From Steroidobacteraceae bacterium (GTDB lineage Bacteria; Pseudomonadota; Gammaproteobacteria; Steroidobacterales; Steroidobacteraceae), in contig DATMMK010000029.1 of NCBI GenBank assembly GCA_035569755.1, positions 1,816-65,815 of the forward strand: a stretch of DNA of 64,000 nt, in the 5' to 3' direction. Below are positions 46,123 through 54,573 of the stretch, in pieces. The notes beneath the pieces were generated by a model. The model ran no database searches and had not been told where the DNA came from. It was given only the letters and a program-made list of their open reading frames with translations. Numbering within the stretch: position 1 is the first letter of the stretch; every line of letters starts with the position of its first letter. The position numbers were made by a program, and so were the translations under genes.

Positions 46123-47036
46123 CCGCGGCGTATACGCCCTCCGCGGCGGCACCGGCCGCAGTACCCGAGCCCGTGACGATCGCCGCGCGCGATGGCCGCC
46201 TGCTCGCCGGGCTCTGCCTGGAGGCGCCCGCGGCGCGCGGCGCGCTCGCCATCAACGGCGCGACCGGCTTTCCGCGCGAGTTCTATCTCAAGTTCGCCCA
46301 CTACTGTGCGCAGCGCGGCTACCACGCCCTGGTCTACGACTACCGCGGCATGGGTGCCTCGGCGCAGAGCCCGCTCGCGGCGGAGCCCGCACGCATGAGC
46401 GAGTGGGGGCTGCTCGACATGCCGGCGGCCCTCGAGTGGCTCGAGCGGCGCTTCGGCGGCAAGCCGCTCATCACCCTCGGGCATAGCGTCGGCGGGCAGC
46501 TCATCGGCTGCATGTACAACCAGGCCGTGGCACGCGCGCACGTCATGGTCGCGACCTCGATCGGTTACTGGCGCGGCCAGCGGGTGCCGTTCCGCTACCT
46601 GGCCCTGCTCTTCTGGAGGCTCTACGGCCCGCTCGAGGTGAAGACCCGCGGCTACGTGCCGCGCGGCGCGTTGTGGCGCGGCGATGCGCTGCCCGCCGGT
46701 GTGTTCCTCGAGTGGCGCAAGTGGTGCCTCAGGCCTGCACACTTCGCGCCGGATCTCGTCGGTGACCGGGAGCACGGGCCGTTCGCCGCGGTGCGCGCAC
46801 CGGTCCTTGCCCTCAGCTTCAGCGACGATCCCATCGCGACTCCGGAGGCGGTCGATGCCCTGCTCGCGCTCTATCCCAACGCGGCGATCGAGCGGCGCCG
46901 GATCACGCCGGCGGCGGCCGGTGTGCGCCGCATCGGCCACCATGGCTTCTTCGCGGAGCGGCATCGCGAGTCGCTGTGGCGCGCCGCGCTCGACTGGATC
47001 GACGGAGTCGTTTGGAGTCCCATCTCAGCCGAGTAA
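46119..47036 (+). CDS. alpha/beta-fold hydrolase
   Basis: The GTG start overlaps the oxyR stop (GTGA). Nucleophile elbow GHSVGG. YDYRGMG. Confidence 0.72.
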   Translation: MTAAYTPSAAAPAAVPEPVTIAARDGRLLAGLCLEAPAARGALAINGATGFPREFYLKFAHYCAQRGYHALVYDYRGMGASAQSPLAAEPARMSEWGLLDMPAALEWLERRFGGKPLITLGHSVGGQLIGCMYNQAVARAHVMVATSIGYWRGQRVPFRYLALLFWRLYGPLEVKTRGYVPRGALWRGDALPAGVFLEWRKWCLRPAHFAPDLVGDREHGPFAAVRAPVLALSFSDDPIATPEAVDALLALYPNAAIERRRITPAAAGVRRIGHHGFFAERHRESLWRAALDWIDGVVWSPISAE

Positions 47037-47128
47037 GCAATATATAATCAAAGATCTAGTCAAAAATTATATAACTAATTGAAATAACTAATATCATAAT
47101 CATTATATATCTAGTCTAAAATCTAGTC
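47037..47128 (+). promoter_or_regulatory. 92-bp AT-rich island with direct repeats immediately upstream of the HTH-HipA gene
   Basis: By my count, 18 G/C in 92 nt. ATCTAGTC occurs three times (47054-61, 47109-16, 47121-28), and the last copy abuts the ATG. ATAACTAAT occurs twice (47071-79, 47084-92). TAAAAT (47117-22) is -10-like. No SD. Confidence 0.6.
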
Positions 47129-48481
47129 ATGCCCACGGCTGAAGACATCGCTGAACGACTGGCCCTCGGGACGAGCTCTGTTGCCTCGCTGGCGCAGGCG
47201 ATGCAGATCTCGCAGCCCACAGTGACCCGAGCGCTGCGCGAGCTCGAGCGCCGGCACCGCGTTGTCCGTATCGGCACCACCCGTGGTGCCCGCTATGCGC
47301 TGCGGCGACCCGTCGCGACACTCGGTGCGAAGTGGCCCGTTTATCGCATCGATGAGCAAGGCACCCCGCACGAGTTGGGGAAACTAAACGCCATTCATCG
47401 CGACAGTTACTACATGCCCGCAGGGCCTGCGCGAATCCGGGGTCTCTTCGAGGGCACTCCGTACTACTTGCAGGATGCGCGGCCGGCCGGGTTCCTCGGA
47501 CGCGCCGTTGCAGCTGTGTATCCGGAGCTCGGGCTACCTCCCAGAGTAGTCGACTGGACAGACGAGCACTTCCTCGTCTACCTCACGCAGCGCGGCGCCG
47601 ATGCGACCGGCAATCTGATCGTCGGAATCGAATCCCTCAATCGCTATCTCGACGCGAGCCAGGCGCCGCCCGTCGTGTCCACCGAGAACCGTCCTGCCAG
47701 ATATCCCCAGCTTGCAATCGCCGCAATGGCAGGGAAGGCGCGGGGATCGTCCGCGCACGGCGAACATCCGAAGTTCAGCGTCTGCGTTGCCGACGGCGAT
47801 CGCCGCTCGCACATGCTGGTGAAATTCTCCCCAGCGCAATCGACCCCGACAGGCCGGCGGTGGGCTGACTTGCTCACCGCTGAATTCATCGCGCATCGCG
47901 TGCTCGATGAGCATGGCATCGCAGCCTGTCGTTCGACACTCCTGAACTGCGGCGATCGCGTCTTCCTCGAATGCGAACGATTCGACCGCGTCGGTGCAGA
48001 CGGCCGACACGGTACCGTGTCGTTGTTAGCCGTCGATACCGCCCGCTACGGCAGTGTGGACAACTGGACGGCGTGCGCGGAGCGGCTGCTTGCCGACGCA
48101 TTGCTCACGAGCGAGGACGCTGAGCGGATCCGATTCCTCGATGCGTTCGGCGCGCTCATCGGGAATACGGATCGCCATCTTGGCAACGTCACGCTGTTCG
48201 ACCACTACGAGGGGCTCTTCGAGCTCGCACCGACATATGACATGCTGCCGATGCTATATGCGCCGGAGAATGATCAGCTGGTCGATCGTGAGTTTAAGCC
48301 GCCCTTGGCCAGGGCCGAGTGGCTCTCGGTCTGGCCGCCTGCTCGCACGCTCGCCGCGGCTTACTGGCAACGGTTGACGCAAGAATCCAGGTTGAGCGCA
48401 GATTTCCAGAATCTCTGCGCGCGAAACTTCGCGGCGCTGCAGACGATGCCGCTGCGCGGCGCACGCCCGGCTGGCGGCTGA
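47129..48481 (+). CDS. HipA-family kinase with a fused N-terminal winged-HTH domain (YjjJ/HipH type)
   Basis: N-terminal LAQAMQISQPTVTRALRELERRHRVVRIGTTRGARYAL. Kinase motifs GSSAHGEHPKFSV, ECERFDR, IGNTDRHLGNVT, APTYDMLPM. Confidence 0.8.
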   Translation: MPTAEDIAERLALGTSSVASLAQAMQISQPTVTRALRELERRHRVVRIGTTRGARYALRRPVATLGAKWPVYRIDEQGTPHELGKLNAIHRDSYYMPAGPARIRGLFEGTPYYLQDARPAGFLGRAVAAVYPELGLPPRVVDWTDEHFLVYLTQRGADATGNLIVGIESLNRYLDASQAPPVVSTENRPARYPQLAIAAMAGKARGSSAHGEHPKFSVCVADGDRRSHMLVKFSPAQSTPTGRRWADLLTAEFIAHRVLDEHGIAACRSTLLNCGDRVFLECERFDRVGADGRHGTVSLLAVDTARYGSVDNWTACAERLLADALLTSEDAERIRFLDAFGALIGNTDRHLGNVTLFDHYEGLFELAPTYDMLPMLYAPENDQLVDREFKPPLARAEWLSVWPPARTLAAAYWQRLTQESRLSADFQNLCARNFAALQTMPLRGARPAGG

Positions 48482-48530
48482 TGCAGTGAAATCGCACCGC
48501 TGAGCGGGTCGCGCCGCCAAAGGCTCTGCG

Positions 48531-49472
48531 TCATCGCGAATTTGCTGCCGTCGGCGCTCGTGTTCTCGAGGCGCGCGCCAGTGCGATGCCGCTCAGCACG
48601 ATGAGACCGCCCAGCAGCTGCACCGGCCGCAGGCGCTCATCGAGCAGCAGCCAGGCATACACCGTTGCGGCGATCACCTGCAGATAGAGTCCGAGCGAGC
48701 CGAGGGTCGCCGGCAGGTGCGCGAGCGCGTAAGCGATCAGGCTCTGCCCGAGCGCCTGGGCCGAGAGCGCGAGGGCTGCGAGCATGAGCCAGCCGTGGGC
48801 GCTGCGCGGCAGAAACTGCTCGCCCATCACGAACGGCAGCGGCAGTAGCAGCAGGCTGAAGACGAGGGTGCTCGCGAACATGACCGCGCCCGTACCGTGA
48901 CGGGCGCGCAGGCGCGCCACGGCGAGAATGTAGGCGGCGTAGAACCACGCGGCGCCGAGCGCCAGCAGATCGCCGCCGAGCGCGTGGCTGCCGGCGCGCA
49001 GCTTCGGGCTCACCATGAGCACCAGCCCGCCGAAGGCGAGCAGCGTCGCGAGCAGGAAGCCGAGGCGCGGGCGCTCGCCCCAGAGTGCCCAGGCGAGGAT
49101 GCTGACGACGAGCGGTGCGGTGTTCGCCTCGAGGCTCGAGGCCGCGACCGAGGTGCGCATCAGCGAGAGGTGATAGAGCGCGATGTCGGCGGCAAAGAAC
49201 ACGCCGGCCCACAGGAACCCGGGATCGAGGCGGGCACCGCGGCGTCTCGCGGCGCCCACCCCCACCGGTGTGCGGCGCTCGAGGAGCGCCCACAGCGCGA
49301 GCGGCGGCAGGGCGAGCGCGCCGCGCCAGAACGCGCTCGCCACCGGGCCGGTGTCGGCGAGCCTCACGAAGATGCCCGAGCTGCCGATCGCCAGCGCACC
49401 GGCCAACAGCGCCAACAGGGCGGGAAGTTCCGAGCGCTCGGGTTCTGTCATGACGGGAAGTGGAGAGATCAT
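48531..49472 (-). CDS. DMT (EamA-like) family transporter
   Basis: Ten-TM pattern with two EamA-like halves. An alternative start lies at 49451. Confidence 0.83.
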   Translation of the reverse strand: MISPLPVMTEPERSELPALLALLAGALAIGSSGIFVRLADTGPVASAFWRGALALPPLALWALLERRTPVGVGAARRRGARLDPGFLWAGVFFAADIALYHLSLMRTSVAASSLEANTAPLVVSILAWALWGERPRLGFLLATLLAFGGLVLMVSPKLRAGSHALGGDLLALGAAWFYAAYILAVARLRARHGTGAVMFASTLVFSLLLLPLPFVMGEQFLPRSAHGWLMLAALALSAQALGQSLIAYALAHLPATLGSLGLYLQVIAATVYAWLLLDERLRPVQLLGGLIVLSGIALARASRTRAPTAANSR

Positions 49473-49510
49473 AGTCGGTCGCGCGCGGAACCGTCTGGCA
49501 TAATCACCGC

Positions 49511-49969
49511 ATGCGCGGCGCGAATCTCCTGCTCGTCCTCGGCGCCGCCGTCGCGACGCTCGTGGCGTTGCCCTCGTACGCGCAGCCGGGCGCCGATGCG
49601 GGCACGCTCACCGTCAGCGACGCCTGGGTGCGTGCCGTCCCGGGCGCGGCGGTCGCGGCCGCCTATATGACGCTGCACAACGGCGGCCCGCGGGTGGTGA
49701 GCGTCACCGGCGTACGCTCGGCGCTGGCCGGGCACGCGATGATTCACGAGTCGCAGCTCGTGGGCGGTGTCTCCACCATGCGTGTGCATGAGCCGCTGAC
49801 CATCTCCCCCGGCGCGAGCGTCGAGCTCAAGCCCGGCGGGCTGCACGTGATGCTCAACGATCTCGCCCGCCCGCTCGCGCTCGACGAGCTGGTGCCGCTC
49901 GAGCTGCTGCTCGCAGGCGGGGGCCGCGTCGCGGTGAGCGCGCGCGTACGGCCGCTGAGCGCCGAGTGA
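49511..49969 (+). CDS. periplasmic copper chaperone PCu(A)C (DUF461)
   Basis: Signal peptide, AWVRAVPG...AAAYMTLHN, H-x-M...M motifs (HAMIHES, STMRV), LKPGGLHVML. Confidence 0.87.
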   Translation: MRGANLLLVLGAAVATLVALPSYAQPGADAGTLTVSDAWVRAVPGAAVAAAYMTLHNGGPRVVSVTGVRSALAGHAMIHESQLVGGVSTMRVHEPLTISPGASVELKPGGLHVMLNDLARPLALDELVPLELLLAGGGRVAVSARVRPLSAE

Positions 49970-51264
49970 GCTTCGCAGACGCTCCCCGCGATCACGTCAC
50001 CCCCTACGATCGCTTCGCCTGGAGCGATACGCAGATCGAGGAGTGGCTGGTCGCCGGGGCGCACGCCGCCGAGCTCGGCGCCTATTTCGGCGCCGCCGAG
50101 TACCGCGCGCTGAAGGCGCTCGCGCGGCGCGCGCATCGCAACCCGCTCGGGGCGAACGCGCTGCGCGTGCTGGTCGTGCCCGGGATCATGGGCTCGCAGC
50201 TCGGACTGAAGCGCGCCGCACCGCAGCCGGACGACATCGTGTGGCTCGATCCCTTCGACATCCAGCAGGGGCGGCTCAGCGTGCTCAGGGTGGGGGGAGG
50301 AGCCGCAGTCGTGCCGCTCGGCGCCGTACTCTTCTCGCACCTGCGCCTGAAGCTCGCGCTGCGCGCGCGCGGCTTCGCCGCCGAGTTTCACGACTACGAC
50401 TGGCGGCTCGGGGTCGCCGAGCTCGGGCGCGCGCTCGCCGGGCGCGTGGCGACGGTGGAACGCATCGCCATCGTGGCGCACAGCATGGGGGGCCTCGTCG
50501 CCCGGGCCGCGCTGCGGCATCCCGCGACGCGGCACGTCGCCCGCCTGGTGCTGCTCGGCACGCCGAACTTAGGCTCCGGCGCCGCGGTGCAGGCGCTGCG
50601 TGGCACCTACGCCGTGGTGCGCAAGGTGGCGCGCCTCGCCGCGCAGCCCTCCGCCGAAGCGCTCGCGACCGAGGTGTTCTCGAGCTTCCCGAGCCTCTAC
50701 GACATGCTGCCGACCGGAGACTGGAGCGGCCGCGCGGACCTGCTCGATGCCGCGGCCTGGCCGCGCTCGGGGCCGCAGCCGCACGCGGAGCTCCTCGAGC
50801 AGGCGCGCGCCACCCGCAGCCTCCTCGCGCCGCCCGATGCGCGCTTTGCGGCGATCATCGGCGTCGGCGAGGAGACCGTCACCGCGGTCACGCAGCGGCG
50901 CGACGACTTCATCTACACCCTCTCCCGCCACGGGGACGGCTCGGTGCCGGCGGCGAGCGCGGCGCTCCCCGGCGCACCGTGCGCGTACGCGCGCGTGGCG
51001 CACAGCGATCTCACGCGCGACCCGCTGGTGGCCGCGGCGGTGGTCGACTTCCTCGAGCGCGGCGCCACTGCCCGGCTGCCGTCGCGCTGGACGAGCGCGA
51101 GCCGCGCGGCGGCGCGGGTGAGCGACTCCGAGCTGCGCCGCACGCACGCCGACAAGGTCGACTGGAGCGCGCTGTCGCCCGAGGCGCGCCGCGCGTTCCT
51201 GCAGAACCTCAACGAGCCGCCGCGGTTCAAGCTGCGCGTGCCGCGCAGCCGCACGAAGCGCTGA
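49966..51264 (+). CDS. alpha/beta hydrolase, LCAT/lipase-like
   Basis: PGIMGSQL, the nucleophile elbow AHSMGGLV, LGTPNLGS. The GTG start overlaps the PCuAC stop (GTGA). Confidence 0.62.
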   Translation: MSFADAPRDHVTPYDRFAWSDTQIEEWLVAGAHAAELGAYFGAAEYRALKALARRAHRNPLGANALRVLVVPGIMGSQLGLKRAAPQPDDIVWLDPFDIQQGRLSVLRVGGGAAVVPLGAVLFSHLRLKLALRARGFAAEFHDYDWRLGVAELGRALAGRVATVERIAIVAHSMGGLVARAALRHPATRHVARLVLLGTPNLGSGAAVQALRGTYAVVRKVARLAAQPSAEALATEVFSSFPSLYDMLPTGDWSGRADLLDAAAWPRSGPQPHAELLEQARATRSLLAPPDARFAAIIGVGEETVTAVTQRRDDFIYTLSRHGDGSVPAASAALPGAPCAYARVAHSDLTRDPLVAAAVVDFLERGATARLPSRWTSASRAAARVSDSELRRTHADKVDWSALSPEARRAFLQNLNEPPRFKLRVPRSRTKR

Positions 51265-51266
51265 GC

Positions 51267-51285
51267 CACGGCGCCGCGCGCCGTG
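51267..51285. terminator. 8-bp GC hairpin between convergent genes
   Basis: CACGGCGC-cgc-GCGCCGTG. No U-tract. Confidence 0.35.
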
Positions 51286-51304
51286 CGCAGGTCACGAGGT
51301 CTCC

Positions 51305-52213
51305 CTACCCGAGCGCGGCGGCGATCTCCTCGCGCTGCCGTGCATCGGGCAGCCGGCCGCGGCCGGCGGCGAGATTGTCCTCGAGATGCGCGACGCTCGC
51401 GGTCGCCGGGATGATGCAGGTGACCGCCGGATGCGCGGCGATGAACTTGAGGATGAGCTGTCCCCAGCTCGTCGCATCGAGGTCGGCGGCAAAGGCCGGC
51501 AGCGGTTTGCCGCGGATCCTGCCGAACACCCCGCCGTCCTCGAACGGGCGGTTGATAAGCACCGCGACGCCGCGCTCGGCGGCGAGCGGCAGCAGACGCC
51601 GCTCCGCCGCGCGCGTCAGCGGCGAGTAGTTGAGCTGCACGAAGTCGAGCCGCTCGCGGCTCACGATGCGCTCGAGATCCGCCTGGCCGCTCACCGTGTA
51701 GTGCGTCACGCCGACGTAGCGCACCCTGCCGGCCGCCTGCCACTCGCGCAGCGTCGCGAGCTGGGTGTCGAGATCGAGGAGGTTGTGCACCTGGATGAGG
51801 TCGAGGGGCTTGGCCCGCAGCTGCTGCTCCGAGTGCGTCATCTGCTCGATGCCGGCGCGCGCGCCGCGCGTCCAGACCTTGGTGGCAAGGAAGGCGCGCG
51901 CATGCATCTCGGGCGTGAGCAGCTCCCCCAGCACCCGCTCGGCGGTCGAGTACATGGGCGAGGTGTCGATGAGGCGTGCCCCGCGGGCGAAGAAGGCCTC
52001 GAGCACCGCGGCGAGCGGCGCGCGCTCGGCCGCCGTGACACCGACCTCGAAAGTACGCGAGGTGCCGAGCCCGATGACCGGGATCTCCTCGCCGCTCGAG
52101 GGGATCCGTCGCGAGATCGGGGCGGCGGTGGTACTGGCGGCGGTCCTCCCGGCACGGCTCATGGTGGCGGCGGTCACGGCGGCGGCGCTGCGCAGCAGCT
52201 CACGGCGGTTCAC
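51305..52213 (-). CDS. aldo/keto reductase with a Tat-type signal peptide
   Basis: The GTG at 52213 overlaps the upstream stop (GTGA) and gives (M)NRRELLRSAAAVTAATM. The AKR core follows (IGLGT, IDTSPMY, VHNL). Confidence 0.83.
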   Translation of the reverse strand: MNRRELLRSAAAVTAATMSRAGRTAASTTAAPISRRIPSSGEEIPVIGLGTSRTFEVGVTAAERAPLAAVLEAFFARGARLIDTSPMYSTAERVLGELLTPEMHARAFLATKVWTRGARAGIEQMTHSEQQLRAKPLDLIQVHNLLDLDTQLATLREWQAAGRVRYVGVTHYTVSGQADLERIVSRERLDFVQLNYSPLTRAAERRLLPLAAERGVAVLINRPFEDGGVFGRIRGKPLPAFAADLDATSWGQLILKFIAAHPAVTCIIPATASVAHLEDNLAAGRGRLPDARQREEIAAALG

Positions 52214-52728
52214 GGCGAGCGGACCCGCTCCCACACCACGGTTCGCACCGTCGGCTTACCCGTCGCCGGATCGCGCGAAGGCTGGGTGGTGAGCGTCAGG
52301 CGATCGCCCTCGAAGCGGTAGCTGCGCACGTGGGACTCGCCCGTGCGCGTCTCGTCCCACGAGACCTCGATGTGATGGGTGACCGTATGAGCGGCGGGGT
52401 CGAGCGTGTAAGTGCCGGCGTATGCGAGCAGGCTCGTGAGCAGCGCCTGCGCCTCCGCGGGAGTCGCCACGGGACCGGCGGGCCTGCTGCGGCCGGTGCC
52501 GGCGATGATGACGATCATGCGTCCGTCGCGCCCGTACTCGATATACCCCGAGGGGTGAGCGCCCATCACATCGGTGCGCGTCCCCGCGGCCACGTCCTCG
52601 CCGACGTAGGAGACGAGCTTCCAGGTCCCGAGGATCTGCTCCGCGGCGGGAGCTTCGGCGGCCGCCTGTGCCGGCACCCCGGCGGCCGCCACGAGCGCCA
52701 GGGGAGCGAGCAGCGTCAATCGATTCAT
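52210..52728 (-). CDS. secreted lipocalin-like domain protein
   Basis: The internal ATG at 52728 gives the signal peptide MNRLTLLAPLALVAAAGVPAQA, followed by ILGTWKLVSYV, typical of lipocalin-like domain proteins. Confidence 0.6.
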   Translation of the reverse strand: MNRLTLLAPLALVAAAGVPAQAAAEAPAAEQILGTWKLVSYVGEDVAAGTRTDVMGAHPSGYIEYGRDGRMIVIIAGTGRSRPAGPVATPAEAQALLTSLLAYAGTYTLDPAAHTVTHHIEVSWDETRTGESHVRSYRFEGDRLTLTTQPSRDPATGKPTVRTVVWERVRSP

Positions 52729-52774
52729 GGCCGGATCTCCTCGCGCCGCGGCCGCCCGCCGGCGCGCCACGCCT

Positions 52775-54553
52775 TCAGATGAGTGCCGCCTCGGTCTCCA
52801 CGACGCTCGCCGCGCCGCTCTCGACCACGCGCGCGAGCGCCTCCGCGGTCGGCAGCACCTGGGCGGCGTAGAACGCCGCAGTGTGGATCTTGGCCGCGTA
52901 GAACTCGCGCTCCGCTCCGTCCATCTTGTCCTCGGCGAGCGCGGCGGACTTCGCGAGCAGCCACCCGCCCGCGACGTAGCCACACAGCTTGAGATAGGGC
53001 ACCGACACGGCCTGCGCGAGCTCGGGGCGCGTCGCGAGCGCCCTGCCGAGGGAGTGCGTCGCGCGGGCGAGGGCCGCGACGGCCGCGCGTGCCGTGCGGC
53101 ACGTGCCATCGACCAGCTCCTCGGTGGCAGCCAGTCCCTCGAGCTCGCGATCCATCGCGCTGAGCAGGGCGCTCATCGCCGCTCCCCGGTCACGGGCGAT
53201 CTTTCGCCCGATGAGATCGTTCGACTGGATCCCGGTGGTGCCCTCGTAGATCGTGGTGATGCGCACGTCGCGCATGTACTGCGCGGCGCCGGTCTCCTCG
53301 ATGAAGCCCATGCCGCCGTGGACCTGCACGCCGATCGAGGTCACCTCGTTGCCGATCTCGGTGCACCAGCCCTTGACGATCGGGGTCAGGAGCTCGCCGC
53401 GCGCCTGGGCGGCGGCGCGCACCGCCGCATCCTCGCTCGCCGCGGCGAGATCGAACTGCATCGCGGCATAGAGCGTGAGGGCACGCGCGGCCTCGGTCTG
53501 CGACTTCATCAGGAGCAGCATGCGCTTCACGTCCGGGTGATTGATGATCGGCGCGGCGCTGCCGCGCTCAGCCCCGGGAGGACGGCCCTGCACGCGCGTC
53601 CGGGCCCACTCCGCGGCACGCTGGAAAGCGCGCTCGCCGACCGCGTAGCCCTCGCTCCCGACCGAGAGCCGGGCGCTGTTCATCATGATGAACATGTACT
53701 CGAGGCCGCGGCCCGGCTCGCCGATGAGGTAGCCGAGGGCGCCGGCCTTCTCGCCGAAGGCGAGCACGCAGGTGGGGCTCGCGTTGATGCCGAGCTTGTG
53801 CTCGATCGAGAGGCAGCGCACGTCGTTGCGCTCGCCGAGTGAGCCGTCGGCGTTCACCAGCACCTTCGGCACGACGAAGAGCGAGATGCCCTTCACCCCG
53901 GACGGCGCCCCCTCGATGCGCCCCAGCACCATGTGGATGGTGTTGGCGGTGAGGTCGTGATCGCCCCAGGTGATGAAGATCTTCTGACCGAAGAGCCGGT
54001 AGTGATCGCCCTCGGGCACGGCGCGCGTACGCACCTGCCCGAGATCCGAGCCCGCCTGCGCCTCGGTGAGCACCATGGTGCCGCTCCACTCGCCCTTCAC
54101 CATCTTCGGCAGGTAGCGCGCCTTCTGCGCCGCCGAGCCCGTGAGCTCGAGGGCGTGCACCGCCCCGTGCGTCAGCATGGGACCGAGCTTGAAGGCGAGA
54201 TTGGCCGAGCCCCAGAACTCCCCGACCGCGCTCACCAGCACGCGCGGCACCGGCTGGCCGCCGTACTCGGGGTCGGAGCCGAGCGCCGGCCAGCCGCCGG
54301 CCACGAAGCGCTCGTAGGCGGCGCGGAAACCCGGCGCGGCGACGACGCCGTTGGGCGTCCAGCGCGCGCCTTCGGTGTCACCGGGGCGGTTGAGGGGATC
54401 GAGCACGTCCTCGGCGAAGTGCGCGGCTTCTTCGAGCACCGAGCGGCCGAGCTCGTCGGAATATTCCGCGAAGCGCGGGTAGCGGCTCAGTGTGCCCGCC
54501 CCGAGCAGCTCCTCGAGCACGAAGCGCATCTCCCGAAGTGGTGCACGGTACAT
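52775..54553 (-). CDS. long-form acyl-CoA dehydrogenase (about 590 aa, FadE-like)
   Basis: ATG at 54553. MYRAPLREMRFVLEEL, WSGTMVLTEAQAGSDL, FITWGDHD, IYEGTTGIQ. Confidence 0.92.
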   Translation of the reverse strand: MYRAPLREMRFVLEELLGAGTLSRYPRFAEYSDELGRSVLEEAAHFAEDVLDPLNRPGDTEGARWTPNGVVAAPGFRAAYERFVAGGWPALGSDPEYGGQPVPRVLVSAVGEFWGSANLAFKLGPMLTHGAVHALELTGSAAQKARYLPKMVKGEWSGTMVLTEAQAGSDLGQVRTRAVPEGDHYRLFGQKIFITWGDHDLTANTIHMVLGRIEGAPSGVKGISLFVVPKVLVNADGSLGERNDVRCLSIEHKLGINASPTCVLAFGEKAGALGYLIGEPGRGLEYMFIMMNSARLSVGSEGYAVGERAFQRAAEWARTRVQGRPPGAERGSAAPIINHPDVKRMLLLMKSQTEAARALTLYAAMQFDLAAASEDAAVRAAAQARGELLTPIVKGWCTEIGNEVTSIGVQVHGGMGFIEETGAAQYMRDVRITTIYEGTTGIQSNDLIGRKIARDRGAAMSALLSAMDRELEGLAATEELVDGTCRTARAAVAALARATHSLGRALATRPELAQAVSVPYLKLCGYVAGGWLLAKSAALAEDKMDGAEREFYAAKIHTAAFYAAQVLPTAEALARVVESGAASVVETEAALI

Positions 54554-54573
54554 GGGCGGTCCCTCTGTGGTCC

